Origin: a bacterium
Lineage (GTDB): Bacteria; SZUA-182; DTGQ01; JAFGSM01
DNA length: 64,000 nucleotides
Assembly (NCBI GenBank): GCA_049472335.1
Contig: JBLIRO010000012.1
Span: 1 to 64,000 of the forward strand
Direction of reading: 5' to 3'
The notes under the pieces are model-generated. The model saw only the letters and a program-made list of their open reading frames with translations, did not search any database and had not been told where the DNA came from. The translations under genes and the position numbers were made by a program. The first letter of the stretch is position 1. Every line of letters starts with the position of its first letter. Below are positions 19,699 through 29,760 of this stretch, in pieces.

Positions 19699-21180
19699 AT
19701 GAAAGACGACATCTGTACTCAACCCATTCATAAACTTAAAAAGCTCATTACAGGGAAAAAAATCAGTTCTAAGGAGCTGGTTAGTTCATATTTAAAAAGA
19801 ATAGATAAGATTGATCCTCAGATTAACGGATATGTCACTGTGGATGAGGATAAGATATTAGCCAGGGTTTCGGAGATCGATAATCAGCTTAACAATGGTT
19901 TGGACACCGGGCCCCTAACAGGTATCCCCATTGCGGTAAAGGATAATATCTGTACAAAGGGTCTAATAACGACCTGTTCATCCAATATCCTGAAGCCTTT
20001 TGTGCCTCCTTATAATGCCCACGTGGTGGAAAGGCTTTATAATGCCGGAGCGATCGTTTTAGGTAAGACTAATATGGATGAATTTGCTATGGGGTCATCC
20101 ACAGAAACCTCCTGCTTCGGACCAACTATTAATCCATGGGCGGAAAACAGGGTGTCAGGAGGCTCTTCAGGGGGATCTGCCGCCATAGTCGCTTCTGATA
20201 TGGCCCCGGCGGCATTGGGGTCGGATACAGGGGGATCCATACGCCAGCCAGCCGCCTTCTGCGGGGTTGCCGGATTAAAACCAACCTATGGGCGGATATC
20301 CAGATACGGGCTTGTTGCCTATGCATCTTCCCTCGATCAGATCGGGCCCATAGCCAGGGATGTAACCGACTGTGCGTTACTCCTTTCCATTATAAGCGGT
20401 AAGGATGACAGAGACAGCACATCTGTAAATGCACCGGTTCCTGATTATGAAGAGTTTTTAACTGACGACATAAAAGGGATCAGGGTGGGAAAGCCCAAGG
20501 AGTATTTTATCGGCGGGCTAGATCATGATGTCTCTCATCATGTCCAAAGCGCCATTGAAATCTTCTCCCAAATCGGTGGGGATGTGGAGGAAATCTCATT
20601 GCCTCATACAGATTATGCCATTGCCAGCTATTATCTGATCGCAACCGCTGAAGCGAGTTCCAATCTGGCACGCTATGATGGTGTAAAATATGGTTTCAGA
20701 GATTCTGAGCATATGGACCTAGGCCAGATGTATCACTTAACAAGACAAAGGGGTTTGGGCCTTGAGGTAAAACGCAGGATTATGCTCGGCACTTATGCAC
20801 TAAGTTCCGGATATTATGATGCTTATTATCTAAAGGCATTAAAGGTAAGGACCCTGATAAAAAAAGATTTTGATTATGCATTTGAAAATCATGACGTAAT
20901 AATAACCCCCACTACTCCCACACCCGCGTTTAAGCTGGGTGAGAATATCACTGACCCTCTTCAAATGTATCTTAATGATATTTATACAATATCAGCAAAT
21001 TTAGCCGGGATACCCGCTATTTCAATTCCGTGTGGCTTTACTGAAGAGGGACTTCCAATAGGCGTCCAGATTTTGGGAAGACCCTTTGAGGAAGGCATTG
21101 TTCTTAAAGTGGCTTTTGCCCTGGAGCAGGCACTGGACCTGAAAAGGCCTTTAAGGTTCTGGGAGAAGGTGCAGAAATGA
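19699..21180 (+). CDS. gatA: Asp/Glu-tRNA amidotransferase subunit A
   Basis: Amidase signature [39 protein letters not shown]. Confidence 0.96.
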   Translation: MKDDICTQPIHKLKKLITGKKISSKELVSSYLKRIDKIDPQINGYVTVDEDKILARVSEIDNQLNNGLDTGPLTGIPIAVKDNICTKGLITTCSSNILKPFVPPYNAHVVERLYNAGAIVLGKTNMDEFAMGSSTETSCFGPTINPWAENRVSGGSSGGSAAIVASDMAPAALGSDTGGSIRQPAAFCGVAGLKPTYGRISRYGLVAYASSLDQIGPIARDVTDCALLLSIISGKDDRDSTSVNAPVPDYEEFLTDDIKGIRVGKPKEYFIGGLDHDVSHHVQSAIEIFSQIGGDVEEISLPHTDYAIASYYLIATAEASSNLARYDGVKYGFRDSEHMDLGQMYHLTRQRGLGLEVKRRIMLGTYALSSGYYDAYYLKALKVRTLIKKDFDYAFENHDVIITPTTPTPAFKLGENITDPLQMYLNDIYTISANLAGIPAISIPCGFTEEGLPIGVQILGRPFEEGIVLKVAFALEQALDLKRPLRFWEKVQK

Positions 21181-22616
21181 AATATGAAAGCATAATAGGT
21201 CTAGAGATCCACGCGCAGCTTCTCACTCAGTCCAAGATCTTTTGCGGATGCAGTACGAAATTCGGACAGCCTTCCAATACACAGACCTGTCCTGTATGTC
21301 TGGGATTCCCGGGTGTTCTCCCTGTACTGAATCATCAGGTAGTGGAATTTGCATTAAAGACGGCGTTGGCGGTTCATGCCCGGATTCCTCCATTGAGCCG
21401 TTTTGCAAGAAAGAATTATTTCTATCCGGATTTGCCGAAGGCCTATCAGATATCCCAGTATGAACTCCCACTTTCAGAGGGAGGATATGTGGAAGTCGAT
21501 TCGGAGGACGGGGAAAAAAGACGGATAGGACTTACCCGTATTCATTTGGAGGAGGATGCTGGTAAGCTTATCCATGGGGATGGTCCTGATAAGGGATCGA
21601 GTTTTGTGGATTTTAATCGAACCGGGGTGCCGCTTATGGAGATTGTTACTGAGCCGGAGATGCATTCACCCTTGGAGGCGAAGCTGTTTCTAGAAAACCT
21701 GAAGGCCATTCTGCAGTATTTGAAGGTTTGCGATGGAAATATGGAGGAAGGGAGCTTGCGTTGTGACGCAAACGTATCCGTGAGGCCTTATGGTCAGGAA
21801 ACCTTGGGCGTTAAGACAGAGATCAAGAATATGAATTCCTTCCGGAATGTCCAGCGCGCCCTGGAATATGAGATCGAGCGTCAGATTATGACTATTGACA
21901 GAGGAGAGGTGGTGGTTCAGGAAACTCGCCTCTGGGACGCTGACAAGGGGATAAGCTTTCCAATGAGAAGCAAGGAGGAGGCCCATGATTACAGGTATTT
22001 CCCTGATCCGGACCTTTTACCCCTTGAGATAGACGAGGCCTGGATAAAACGGGTGGCCCGTACCTTGCCGGAATTGCCTGAGTCCAGGAAGGAAAGGTTT
22101 GAAAGGGAGTATGATATACCTTCTTATGATGCCCAGTTCCTGACCTCTTCCGCGGAACTGGCTGATTATTATGAGGAGTGTTGTAGATCCTTTCATAGAC
22201 CCAAGATTGTAAGCAACTGGATCATGGTTGAATTGATGAGAGAATTGAATCGTGACAATCTGGATATCTCTTCTTCTCCGATCAAGGCAAAAAGCCTTGC
22301 CGATATGCTGAAGATGCTCGATGATGATATAATCAGCGGAAAGATCGCCAAATCGGTTTTTGTGAAAATGTATAAAACAGGGAAAGAGGCATCCCGGATA
22401 ATCAAGGAGGAGAACCTTATTCAGATTACCGACGAATCTGCGTTAGAAGAAACCATAGACAGAGTCCTTGACGAAAACCCCGGACCCGTATCAGACTACA
22501 GAAACGGAAAGAAGCAGGCTATGGGATTTTTGGTAGGACAGGTGATGAAGTTTACCAAGGGAAAAGCAAATCCTAAAATTGTAAACCGGATTCTTATAAA
22601 GAAACTTGAAAGCTAA
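21177..22616 (+). CDS. gatB: Asp/Glu-tRNA amidotransferase subunit B
   Basis: [45 protein letters not shown]. Confidence 0.97.
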   Translation: MKYESIIGLEIHAQLLTQSKIFCGCSTKFGQPSNTQTCPVCLGFPGVLPVLNHQVVEFALKTALAVHARIPPLSRFARKNYFYPDLPKAYQISQYELPLSEGGYVEVDSEDGEKRRIGLTRIHLEEDAGKLIHGDGPDKGSSFVDFNRTGVPLMEIVTEPEMHSPLEAKLFLENLKAILQYLKVCDGNMEEGSLRCDANVSVRPYGQETLGVKTEIKNMNSFRNVQRALEYEIERQIMTIDRGEVVVQETRLWDADKGISFPMRSKEEAHDYRYFPDPDLLPLEIDEAWIKRVARTLPELPESRKERFEREYDIPSYDAQFLTSSAELADYYEECCRSFHRPKIVSNWIMVELMRELNRDNLDISSSPIKAKSLADMLKMLDDDIISGKIAKSVFVKMYKTGKEASRIIKEENLIQITDESALEETIDRVLDENPGPVSDYRNGKKQAMGFLVGQVMKFTKGKANPKIVNRILIKKLES

Positions 22617-22632
22617 ATACTAAAATTTTCCA

Positions 22633-24054
22633 ATGGCCCTTTATCATCAATCACACAGACTAGAGCGTCAGCGATGTTCCCGCCGCAGGGTGAGGCCCCT
22701 TTTTATCTATCTGATAATCCTGGCATTTCTTATCCCCCTTTTGATTAAATGGGCAAAAGGCAGCTTTTTAAGATCGGATAAGCGTCTTACTGCCCAAAGT
22801 CAAAAGGAGACAGGTCTAAAAGAATCATCTTCATGCGATACCAATCTTACTAATGATGGCTTATCATCGGATCCTATTGAAGGCCCCTTGCCCCATCCGT
22901 CCTATTCCGAATTATATTTGTCCGGAAAGATCGGAGAAGGCGAAAGTATATACGAGTGCCTGCATAAAGAAGGAGTTTCTGACAGGAACATCCAGCTTAT
23001 TGCCAGCAATCTGAATCCATTAATGAGTTTCCGCTCTCAAAGCCAGCCGGGGGATACCTATCGTTTGGCACTCACCCGGGAAGGCGATATAGAAAGGTTT
23101 GAATATCAGAAAGGTCCCCTGGAGATTTACTGCCTCAGCAGGGACAAAGATAATATATGGAAAGCCTGGCGGGAGAATATAAAGCTTACCAAATACTGGA
23201 TGAGCATTTCAGGCCAAATCGAAGGCTCCCTTGTTTCAACGTTTCAGAAACATGGCTATCCTGTGTCTTTGGCGCTCCGGTTTGCCGAGATCCTCGAATG
23301 GAAGATAGATTTTCAGCATGAGGTAAGGGACGGGGACCGATTCAGTATGGTGTATGAGAGGTATTATAAGGGAGACGAGCCCATCGGGTTTGGAAATATC
23401 CTGGCTGTTATGTATGAAGGCGTAATGATCGGAACTTTGAAGGGATTCTATTTTGATCAGGAAGAGGGCAGGGGAGACTATTATGATTTGGAAGGAGTAT
23501 CCCTGAGGCGGGCATTTCTGAGGGCGCCTTTGAGTTATAAATATATCAGTTCCGGATTTAACCATCAACGTAAACATCCTATTCTGGGATATGTAAGGCC
23601 ACACCTGGGGATCGATTTTGCCGCACCGTCCGGGTCACCCGTATGGGCGGTGGCTGATGGCAGGGTGCTTTCAAAATCCTATGACAGAAACAACGGAAAT
23701 CAGATTAAGCTAAGGCATATGAATGGCTATATTACCTACTATAACCACCTTTCCGGATTTGCCAAAGGAATAAAGAAAGGGGTACGTGTTGTGCAGAAAC
23801 AGATCATCGGCTATGTGGGCACAACAGGGCTTTCCACGGGCCCTCACCTGGATTATAGGGTTAAGAAGGACAGCAAATTCATTAATCCCCTGAAGGCCAA
23901 ATATCCCTCCGGCAAGCCATTAAACAGGAAATTCCTGCCCGAATTTCAGAAATTCGCCGCAAACATCTCTCCTTTTCTGGAAAAGGAGGAGAAACTTTCC
24001 AGGACACTTATTGCTGAGGTGGATTCATCGGAGATTTCACAATCTTTCCAATAA
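22633..24054 (+). CDS. M23 family murein DD-endopeptidase (MepM-like)
   Basis: HLGIDFAAP, YNHLS, TGPHLDY motifs; N-terminal TM. Confidence 0.9.
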   Translation: MALYHQSHRLERQRCSRRRVRPLFIYLIILAFLIPLLIKWAKGSFLRSDKRLTAQSQKETGLKESSSCDTNLTNDGLSSDPIEGPLPHPSYSELYLSGKIGEGESIYECLHKEGVSDRNIQLIASNLNPLMSFRSQSQPGDTYRLALTREGDIERFEYQKGPLEIYCLSRDKDNIWKAWRENIKLTKYWMSISGQIEGSLVSTFQKHGYPVSLALRFAEILEWKIDFQHEVRDGDRFSMVYERYYKGDEPIGFGNILAVMYEGVMIGTLKGFYFDQEEGRGDYYDLEGVSLRRAFLRAPLSYKYISSGFNHQRKHPILGYVRPHLGIDFAAPSGSPVWAVADGRVLSKSYDRNNGNQIKLRHMNGYITYYNHLSGFAKGIKKGVRVVQKQIIGYVGTTGLSTGPHLDYRVKKDSKFINPLKAKYPSGKPLNRKFLPEFQKFAANISPFLEKEEKLSRTLIAEVDSSEISQSFQ

Positions 24055-24086
24055 ATAATGGATAAAGAGGGTGTCAAAAGTCAGGG

Positions 24087-24115
24087 AAGTGCCCAAAGTG
24101 TCAAGAGCTTGAAGT
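24087..24115 (+). repeat. Left copy of inverted repeat bracketing the NACHT/higBA island
   Basis: aagtgcccaaagtgtcaag matches the reverse complement of 28281-28299 at 18/19 (24/29 when extended). Confidence 0.6.
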
Positions 24116-24167
24116 TAAAAAAATATCAAAATGAGTTGTCGGACAGGTTTTAAAATGGGAGTAATAC

Positions 24168-27100
24168 ATGGAAGCTCATAAAGAGAAAAGGCAGAAACGG
24201 GAAAAGATTACACCCGTACGTCTCTTTCTATCCTCTCCCGGGGATGTAAATGCGGAACTGGAAAAGGTAAAAGAGGTCGTTGAAAACCTTAACCGGGTCT
24301 GGGGTGATGCCTTTGGTGTCCGCATCGATGTCCTCGACTGGAAAACCCACGTCCTCCCACAGATAGGGATTAAGGCCCAGGAGTGCATAAATCTTCAAAT
24401 TACGGATTACGATATCTTTTTAGGGATCATGTGGAAGAGGTTTGGTACACCAACTGATAATGCGGGGTCAGGCACGGAGGAGGAGTTCAGAATCGCCTAT
24501 GAAAAATGGGAACAATTTCATGAACTCCACATACTTTTCTATTTCAGTCAGGCACCATATACGCCCAAGAATAAAGGAGAGATCGAACAATGGGGAAAGG
24601 TAATAGCCTTCAGGGAAGAACTTGAATGGATAGGCCTGGTCCGTGCCTATAAATCCCTGGATGAATTCACCAGCATGGTGCGGGACCACCTCTCGATGCT
24701 ACTCCAAAAATGGTTCCCCCTTAAGGGTGAAACCAAAACGATATATGATTTTAATCCCTACCTCACAAAACTCAAATCAGATTGCATGTATATGGATATC
24801 CGGGGCCATGCGACAGGTGAAAAGAAGGCCCATCAGTTTAGAATAGACCAGTTGTATATCCCTCTTAAAACAACAGGCGGAGGAATACATGAGGAAAAGC
24901 GATGGAAGAAAGCGGCTCCTGACGGGATGATGCCCAGAGAGGTCCTCCTCCAGGAGGCATTGAAGGAACATAGGCTCCTCATCAAGGGAGATCCAGGGGC
25001 GGGCAAGACCACCTTCCTCAGGTTCATTGCCTTTACCCTTTGCCAGAGAGGACTGAAAGAGGAACCTTCCCCATCCGCCACGCCTGTGCTCTGGCCTGAG
25101 CCTCCTCCTCTTCCCCTTTTAATCAACCCTGCTGTGCTTATGGAATATATAAAGCTGCACAAGGGAAAAGGGGAGGGCCTTCCCATTGAGGATGATAGCC
25201 CTGAGTGGCTGATCCATTTTATGGAGAAAATGAGTGGAGAGAACAATTGGGGGATCTCTGCTGATGCAATACGTAATGCATTAAAGGAAGGTAACTGCCT
25301 GATCCTCATCGACGGACTGGAGAGGCCCCTGATGCGGTTATACGGGAGAAGGTCCTCTCCCTGGCCACAAGGACTATAAATGCCTATAATAAATGTAAGG
25401 TAGTGGTCACCACAAGGCCGATAGCCCTTACAGACACTCACCTGCCTTCCGGATTTGTAGAGGTACAGATCGCCCCTCTCGACGACAAATCAATCGATAT
25501 CTTCCTCTCCCAATGGTGCAAGGCCCTTTATGCCGAAGCGCCTGAGAAATCAGAGTGCCTCTTTGACGATTTGAAAACGGCAATTCAGGCAAGGCCGGCC
25601 ATCCACCTGATGGCCCGGACCCCGGTTATGCTCACTGCCCTGGCCGTTGTATACTGGAATGAGCACAGGTTGCCTGAGCAGCGGGCAGAGCTCTATGAAT
25701 CGATCATCACCTGGCTCCTGAGGTCCCGCGAGAAAAAACCGGGCCGCCTCTCGGCTGATCGTTGCCGTTGCCATCTCGAGGAACTCGCCTTTAAAATGTT
25801 GATCCCTGCTGAGGGCCGAAAGCGTCAGGCAGATTTAAGATGGGCGGCAGAGGCCATTGCTGATCAATTTAATCCAAAGGATAAAGAGAAGGGTACTATA
25901 GAGGCAGAGGCATTCTTGAAGGCTGAAATGATAGACAGCGGCATAATCGTGGAGCGGCAGCGCCAGGTGGAATTCTGGCACCTGAGCTTTCAGGAATATC
26001 TGGCTGCCTGCAGGATCAGCGGCTTTCTCGATAATAAGATGTTAGAGACGGTCTTTGCGGATGGCCGTATCTATAAGGGTGAGTGGCGGGAGGTAATCCT
26101 TCTGCTGGGTGGAGTTCTCTACTCTCCAACGCAGGAAAGGATCAATAACCTGATAGATGAGGTCATTAAAAGGGGACCTCAGGAAGCGACAGGGGAAAAC
26201 CTGCCGGTCATGGCAAAGGAGGTAGGGATTTTAGGGGGGATTGTCCGTGACCTTGCAACCTATGATTTTTCACCTTCCAATCCTCAATATTCCCAAATAG
26301 TCAAAGGGGTGATGGGGATATTCGAGAAGGAGCGGTATAAGTCAATCCCTGTGCAGGTGAGGATTGAGGCCGCAGACACACTTGGTCAGGTAGGCGACCC
26401 GAGACTCCATGATGATCCTATGATCTTCATCCCCGGAGGGCGATTCTGGATGGGAGCACAGAAGAAAGATCCCAAGGGAAATAATTATGACAATGACGCC
26501 TATGATGATGAATTTCCTGTACATAAGGTAGAGCTTTCTACTTATAAGATCAGTAAATATCCTGTTACGGTGGGGCAATACCTGAGATTTATCGAGGATG
26601 GTGGATACCAGGAAAGGAAGCATTGGGGTGCAGGGGAATTCGGGGAGTACGAGAAACCGGACAACTGGGAGGATCAGCTACGGTATACATCTCGCCCTGT
26701 AGTTTATGTAAGCTGGTTTGAGGCTGCTGCATATGCAAGCTGGTGCGGGGGCAGGCTCCCCACCGAGGCGGAGTGGGAGCGTGCTGCTCGTGGCCCTGGT
26801 GATGAATACAGGAAATATCCCTGGGGCAATAAGGAACCAACAAAAAACACTGCAAACTGGTATGAGGCCGGAATAGGACATGCAACACCAGTAGGGATTT
26901 TCCCGGAGGATTGTTCCCCTGAGGGTGTTATTGATATGGCAGGGAATGTGTGGGAGTGGTGCCAGGACTGGTATAGTGGCACATATTATGAAGAGTGCAC
27001 ACAGAAGGGAATTGTGAAGGATACTGAGGGACCGGAAAAGGGCTTGAAACGTGTTCTTCGCGGGGGCGCCTTCCGCGACCGCTTTCTGGGCGTTCTGCGC

Positions 27101-27172
27101 TGTGCCAGCCGTTACGGGGACTGGCCTGGCCTCCGGTCCGGCATCGTCGGCTTCCGTGTCGTCCGCCCCTGA
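24168..27172 (+). pseudogene. DUF4062-like + NACHT NTPase + FGE-sulfatase (CLec) protein, split by a 1-nt frameshift near 25321
   Basis: FLSSPGDV..SGTEEEF, Walker A GDPGAGKTT, HLSFQEYLAA, RLPTEAEWE, DMAGNVWEW; adding one base restores Walker B LIDGLDEAP and an open frame into VVTTRP. Confidence 0.85.
27051..27170 (+). repeat. Putative DGR variable region of an orphan target (cognate TR not in window)
   Basis: Only 5 A in 120 nt, rich in NNC codons, encodes RGGAF...LRCA.R......GFR at the CLec C-terminus. Confidence 0.6.
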
Positions 27173-27451
27173 ATTAAAAATCTGGTAATCTGTCAATCTG
27201 TAAATCTGAAGCGTTGTGGAGCAGTTTAAGGATGTGCTCCCGTTTTCACCAAAGAAGACCGAAGTAATATAAGGGCCAACCTTTGTGTCAGATTACCAAA
27301 ATCAGATTACTTTTATCATTTGTATCAATAATCATGGGTATCGCTCTTTTCTACCATTATCCATATATTCTTCTACTGAATTAAAATCATTATGATCCTT
27401 CCATATGCCAAACAGCTTGTCTTTTGTTTTCTCCTTTTTCAGCAATTCTAA

Positions 27452-27558
27452 TTATGACAGCAGATGGCTATATTTTTGAAGCTTGTATCTGAAGGACCGG
27501 AAACTCAGATTGAGCAGTTCCGCTGCCTTGCTCTTGTTTCCCTGGGGCTTTTTAAGGG
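27452..27558 (-). pseudogene. Diverged duplicate of the pilR 3' end (Fis-type HTH fragment)
   Basis: Translates LKKPQGNKSKAAELLNLSFRSFRYKLQKYSHLLS* versus PilR LKKTQGNKSRAAELLNLSFRSFRYKLQKYSHLLER*. Confidence 0.85.
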
Positions 27559-27643
27559 ATTTCATTTTATCAGAACCATCTAGAGAGTATGTCGAGCCAA
27601 TTTAACGATTGCCGTTTAACGCTAAGTGCGTTATATTGATAAT

Positions 27644-27927
27644 ATGATTAGAACATTTAAGGATAAAGAAGCTGAGAGAATATTTAAAATAAGTATTCTC
27701 ACAAAATTCCTAAAAGCTTGCATCGAATCGGTTTGAGGAAATTAAGAATGCTAAATAGAGCTTTAAACTTAAATGATCTAAGGATTCCGCCTGCAAACAG
27801 ATTGGAGAAACTTAAAGGGGACAGACTTGGACAATACAGCATTCGTATCAATGATCAATGGCGGATATGTTTCAAATGGCACGACAATGATTCATTGCAG
27901 GTCGAAATCGTTGATTATCATCCTTAG
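27644..27927 (+). pseudogene. higB: HigB-family (RelE-like) toxin, frameshifted near 27686
   Basis: MIRTFKDKEAERIF, then shifted frame NKYSHKIPKSLHRIGLRKLRML...PPANRLEKLKGDRLGQYSIRINDQWRICF...EIVDYH. Confidence 0.85.
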
Positions 27928-27936
27928 GAGGAGATT

Positions 27937-28241
27937 ATGTCGGTTAAAAAACTGGACCCTTTACATCCGGGGGAAATTCTGCGAAAAGAATTTCTGGAGC
28001 CGTTGGGTCTGAGTCAAAATAGACTTGCAATTGCAATAGGTGTTCCTGCGAGGCGGATAAATGAAATAGTCCTTGGAAAAGAGGCATTTCTGCTGAAACA
28101 GCCTTAAGGCTTGCTCGTTACTTTAAGATGTCACCTCAATTCTGGCTAGGATTACAAATGGATTATGAACTTGATTTAGCGGAAGACAAACTGGAAGGCA
28201 GGCTTGAAAAAGAAGTCATCCCAATGTCCGCAACCGGCTAA
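27937..28241 (+). pseudogene. higA: HigA-family antitoxin, frameshifted near 28080
   Basis: HPGEILRKEFLEPLGLSQNRLA...RRINEIVLGK, then shifted frame GISAETALRLARYFKMSPQFWLGLQMDYEL. Confidence 0.85.
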
Positions 28242-28270
28242 TAATGGGACAAATTCTAACCACTTTTATA

Positions 28271-28310
28271 ATTTTAGGCACTTGACACTTTAGGCACTTT
28301 AGGCACTTGC
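28271..28310 (-). repeat. tttaggcac tandem repeats; right copy of the island-bracketing inverted repeat
   Basis: ttttaggcacttgacactttaggcactttaggcacttg; related motifs near 18274 and 36510-36560. Confidence 0.65.
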
Positions 28311-28338
28311 TTTTAAAACTTTACTCACTACCCTTACC

Positions 28339-29724
28339 CTATCTTTCAAGCAGATGGCTATACTTTTGAAGTTTATACCGGAAGGACCGAAAGCTGAGAT
28401 TGAGTAATTCCGCAGCCCTGCTCTTATTTCCCTGGGTCTTTTTGAGGGCCTGGGAAATGAGCTGTGTTTCCATCTCCGTGACAGCCCTTTCCAGATCCAC
28501 GCCGTCATTTAGATTCATGGTTGTCGATTGATATGCCTGATGGACAGGGTAAAGGATATTGTCGGGCAGGTCCTCCGGCTCCAATCGTTTTCCATTCCCG
28601 AGCGCAACCGCCCTTTCAATGGCATTCTCTAACTCCCGGACATTCCCGGGCCAGTGGTAGTTGGACAGAATCCTTATAACCTCGGAAGAGGGTTTGGTAT
28701 CCATATCGTGGAAACCGTTTCTTTTTGCATAAGATTCAAGAAAGTGTGCGGTAAGCAGGGGGATGTCTCCGATTCTCTCCCTTAAAGGCGGCAGAGTTAT
28801 AGGGATAACGTTCAAGCGGTAATACAGGTCCTCCCTGAAGGTCCCTTCCTGTACGGCCTCTGCCAGGTCCTTATTGGTGGCTGCGACGATACGAACGTCA
28901 ACTTTAACACCCTCATTCGAACCAACCCTTCGGATCTCCTGATCCTGCAAAACCCTCAGGAGTTTTACCTGTAATGACATTGGTGTTGAAGAGATCTCGT
29001 CTAAAAAAAGGGTCCCTTTATGGGCGACTTCAAAAAGGCCCTTTTTGTTGGCTATTGCCCCTGTAAATGCCCCCTTTACATGTCCGAACAGCTCGCTTTC
29101 CAGCAAACCTTCGGGCATTCCTCCGCAGTTTACAGAGACAAAGGGTTCATCCTTTTGATTGCTCTGAAAATGAACGGCCCTGGCCACCAGTTCCTTCCCC
29201 GTGCCACTTTCACCTATTATAAGGACCGTGCTGCGGTTATTGGCAATTTTTTGTATTAAAGAGAATATTTCTCTTATCTGAGTGCTCTTTCCTATAATAT
29301 TTCCAAGCCTGTATTTCGTTGAAAGCTCTCTTTTGAGGATGACATTCTCCTCCTGAAGCCTCTTTTTTTCTATGGCATTATTTATGACCAATCTGATTTC
29401 ATCGTTATTCTTAAAGGGCTTTGTCAGATAATCGTAGGCCCCTTCCTTTATTGCCTGAACGGCTGTCTTTGTGGAAGCATAGGCAGTGATCATTATGACC
29501 GCTGTCTCCGGGCTGATTTTCTTGATTTCTTTTAACACACTCAGCCCATCCATGCCCGGCATCCGGATATCAATGATGGCCAGATCAAATATGTCCTTTT
29601 GCGCAAGTCTCAGTCCTGCCTGCGGATCCGTAGCGAACTGTACCCTGTATCCTTCCCTTTTGAGCATTATAGAGAGAAATTCACACATGCTTTTTTCATC
29701 ATCTATAATCAAAATAGAATGCAT
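28339..29724 (-). CDS. pilR: Sigma-54-dependent response regulator PilR
   Basis: REC domain, GESGTGKE, GAFTGA, FLDEI, WPGNVREL, Fis HTH; follows pilS/pilC. Confidence 0.9.
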   Translation of the reverse strand: MHSILIIDDEKSMCEFLSIMLKREGYRVQFATDPQAGLRLAQKDIFDLAIIDIRMPGMDGLSVLKEIKKISPETAVIMITAYASTKTAVQAIKEGAYDYLTKPFKNNDEIRLVINNAIEKKRLQEENVILKRELSTKYRLGNIIGKSTQIREIFSLIQKIANNRSTVLIIGESGTGKELVARAVHFQSNQKDEPFVSVNCGGMPEGLLESELFGHVKGAFTGAIANKKGLFEVAHKGTLFLDEISSTPMSLQVKLLRVLQDQEIRRVGSNEGVKVDVRIVAATNKDLAEAVQEGTFREDLYYRLNVIPITLPPLRERIGDIPLLTAHFLESYAKRNGFHDMDTKPSSEVIRILSNYHWPGNVRELENAIERAVALGNGKRLEPEDLPDNILYPVHQAYQSTTMNLNDGVDLERAVTEMETQLISQALKKTQGNKSRAAELLNLSFRSFRYKLQKYSHLLER

Positions 29725-29760
29725 TGTATTTTTACCCCGCTTTTTCGATTTTTAACAAGA

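Noticed and set aside
27051..27170. Second target of the local TR
   Set aside because: Many differences at non-adenine positions and a length difference; it cannot derive from TR 47524-47647
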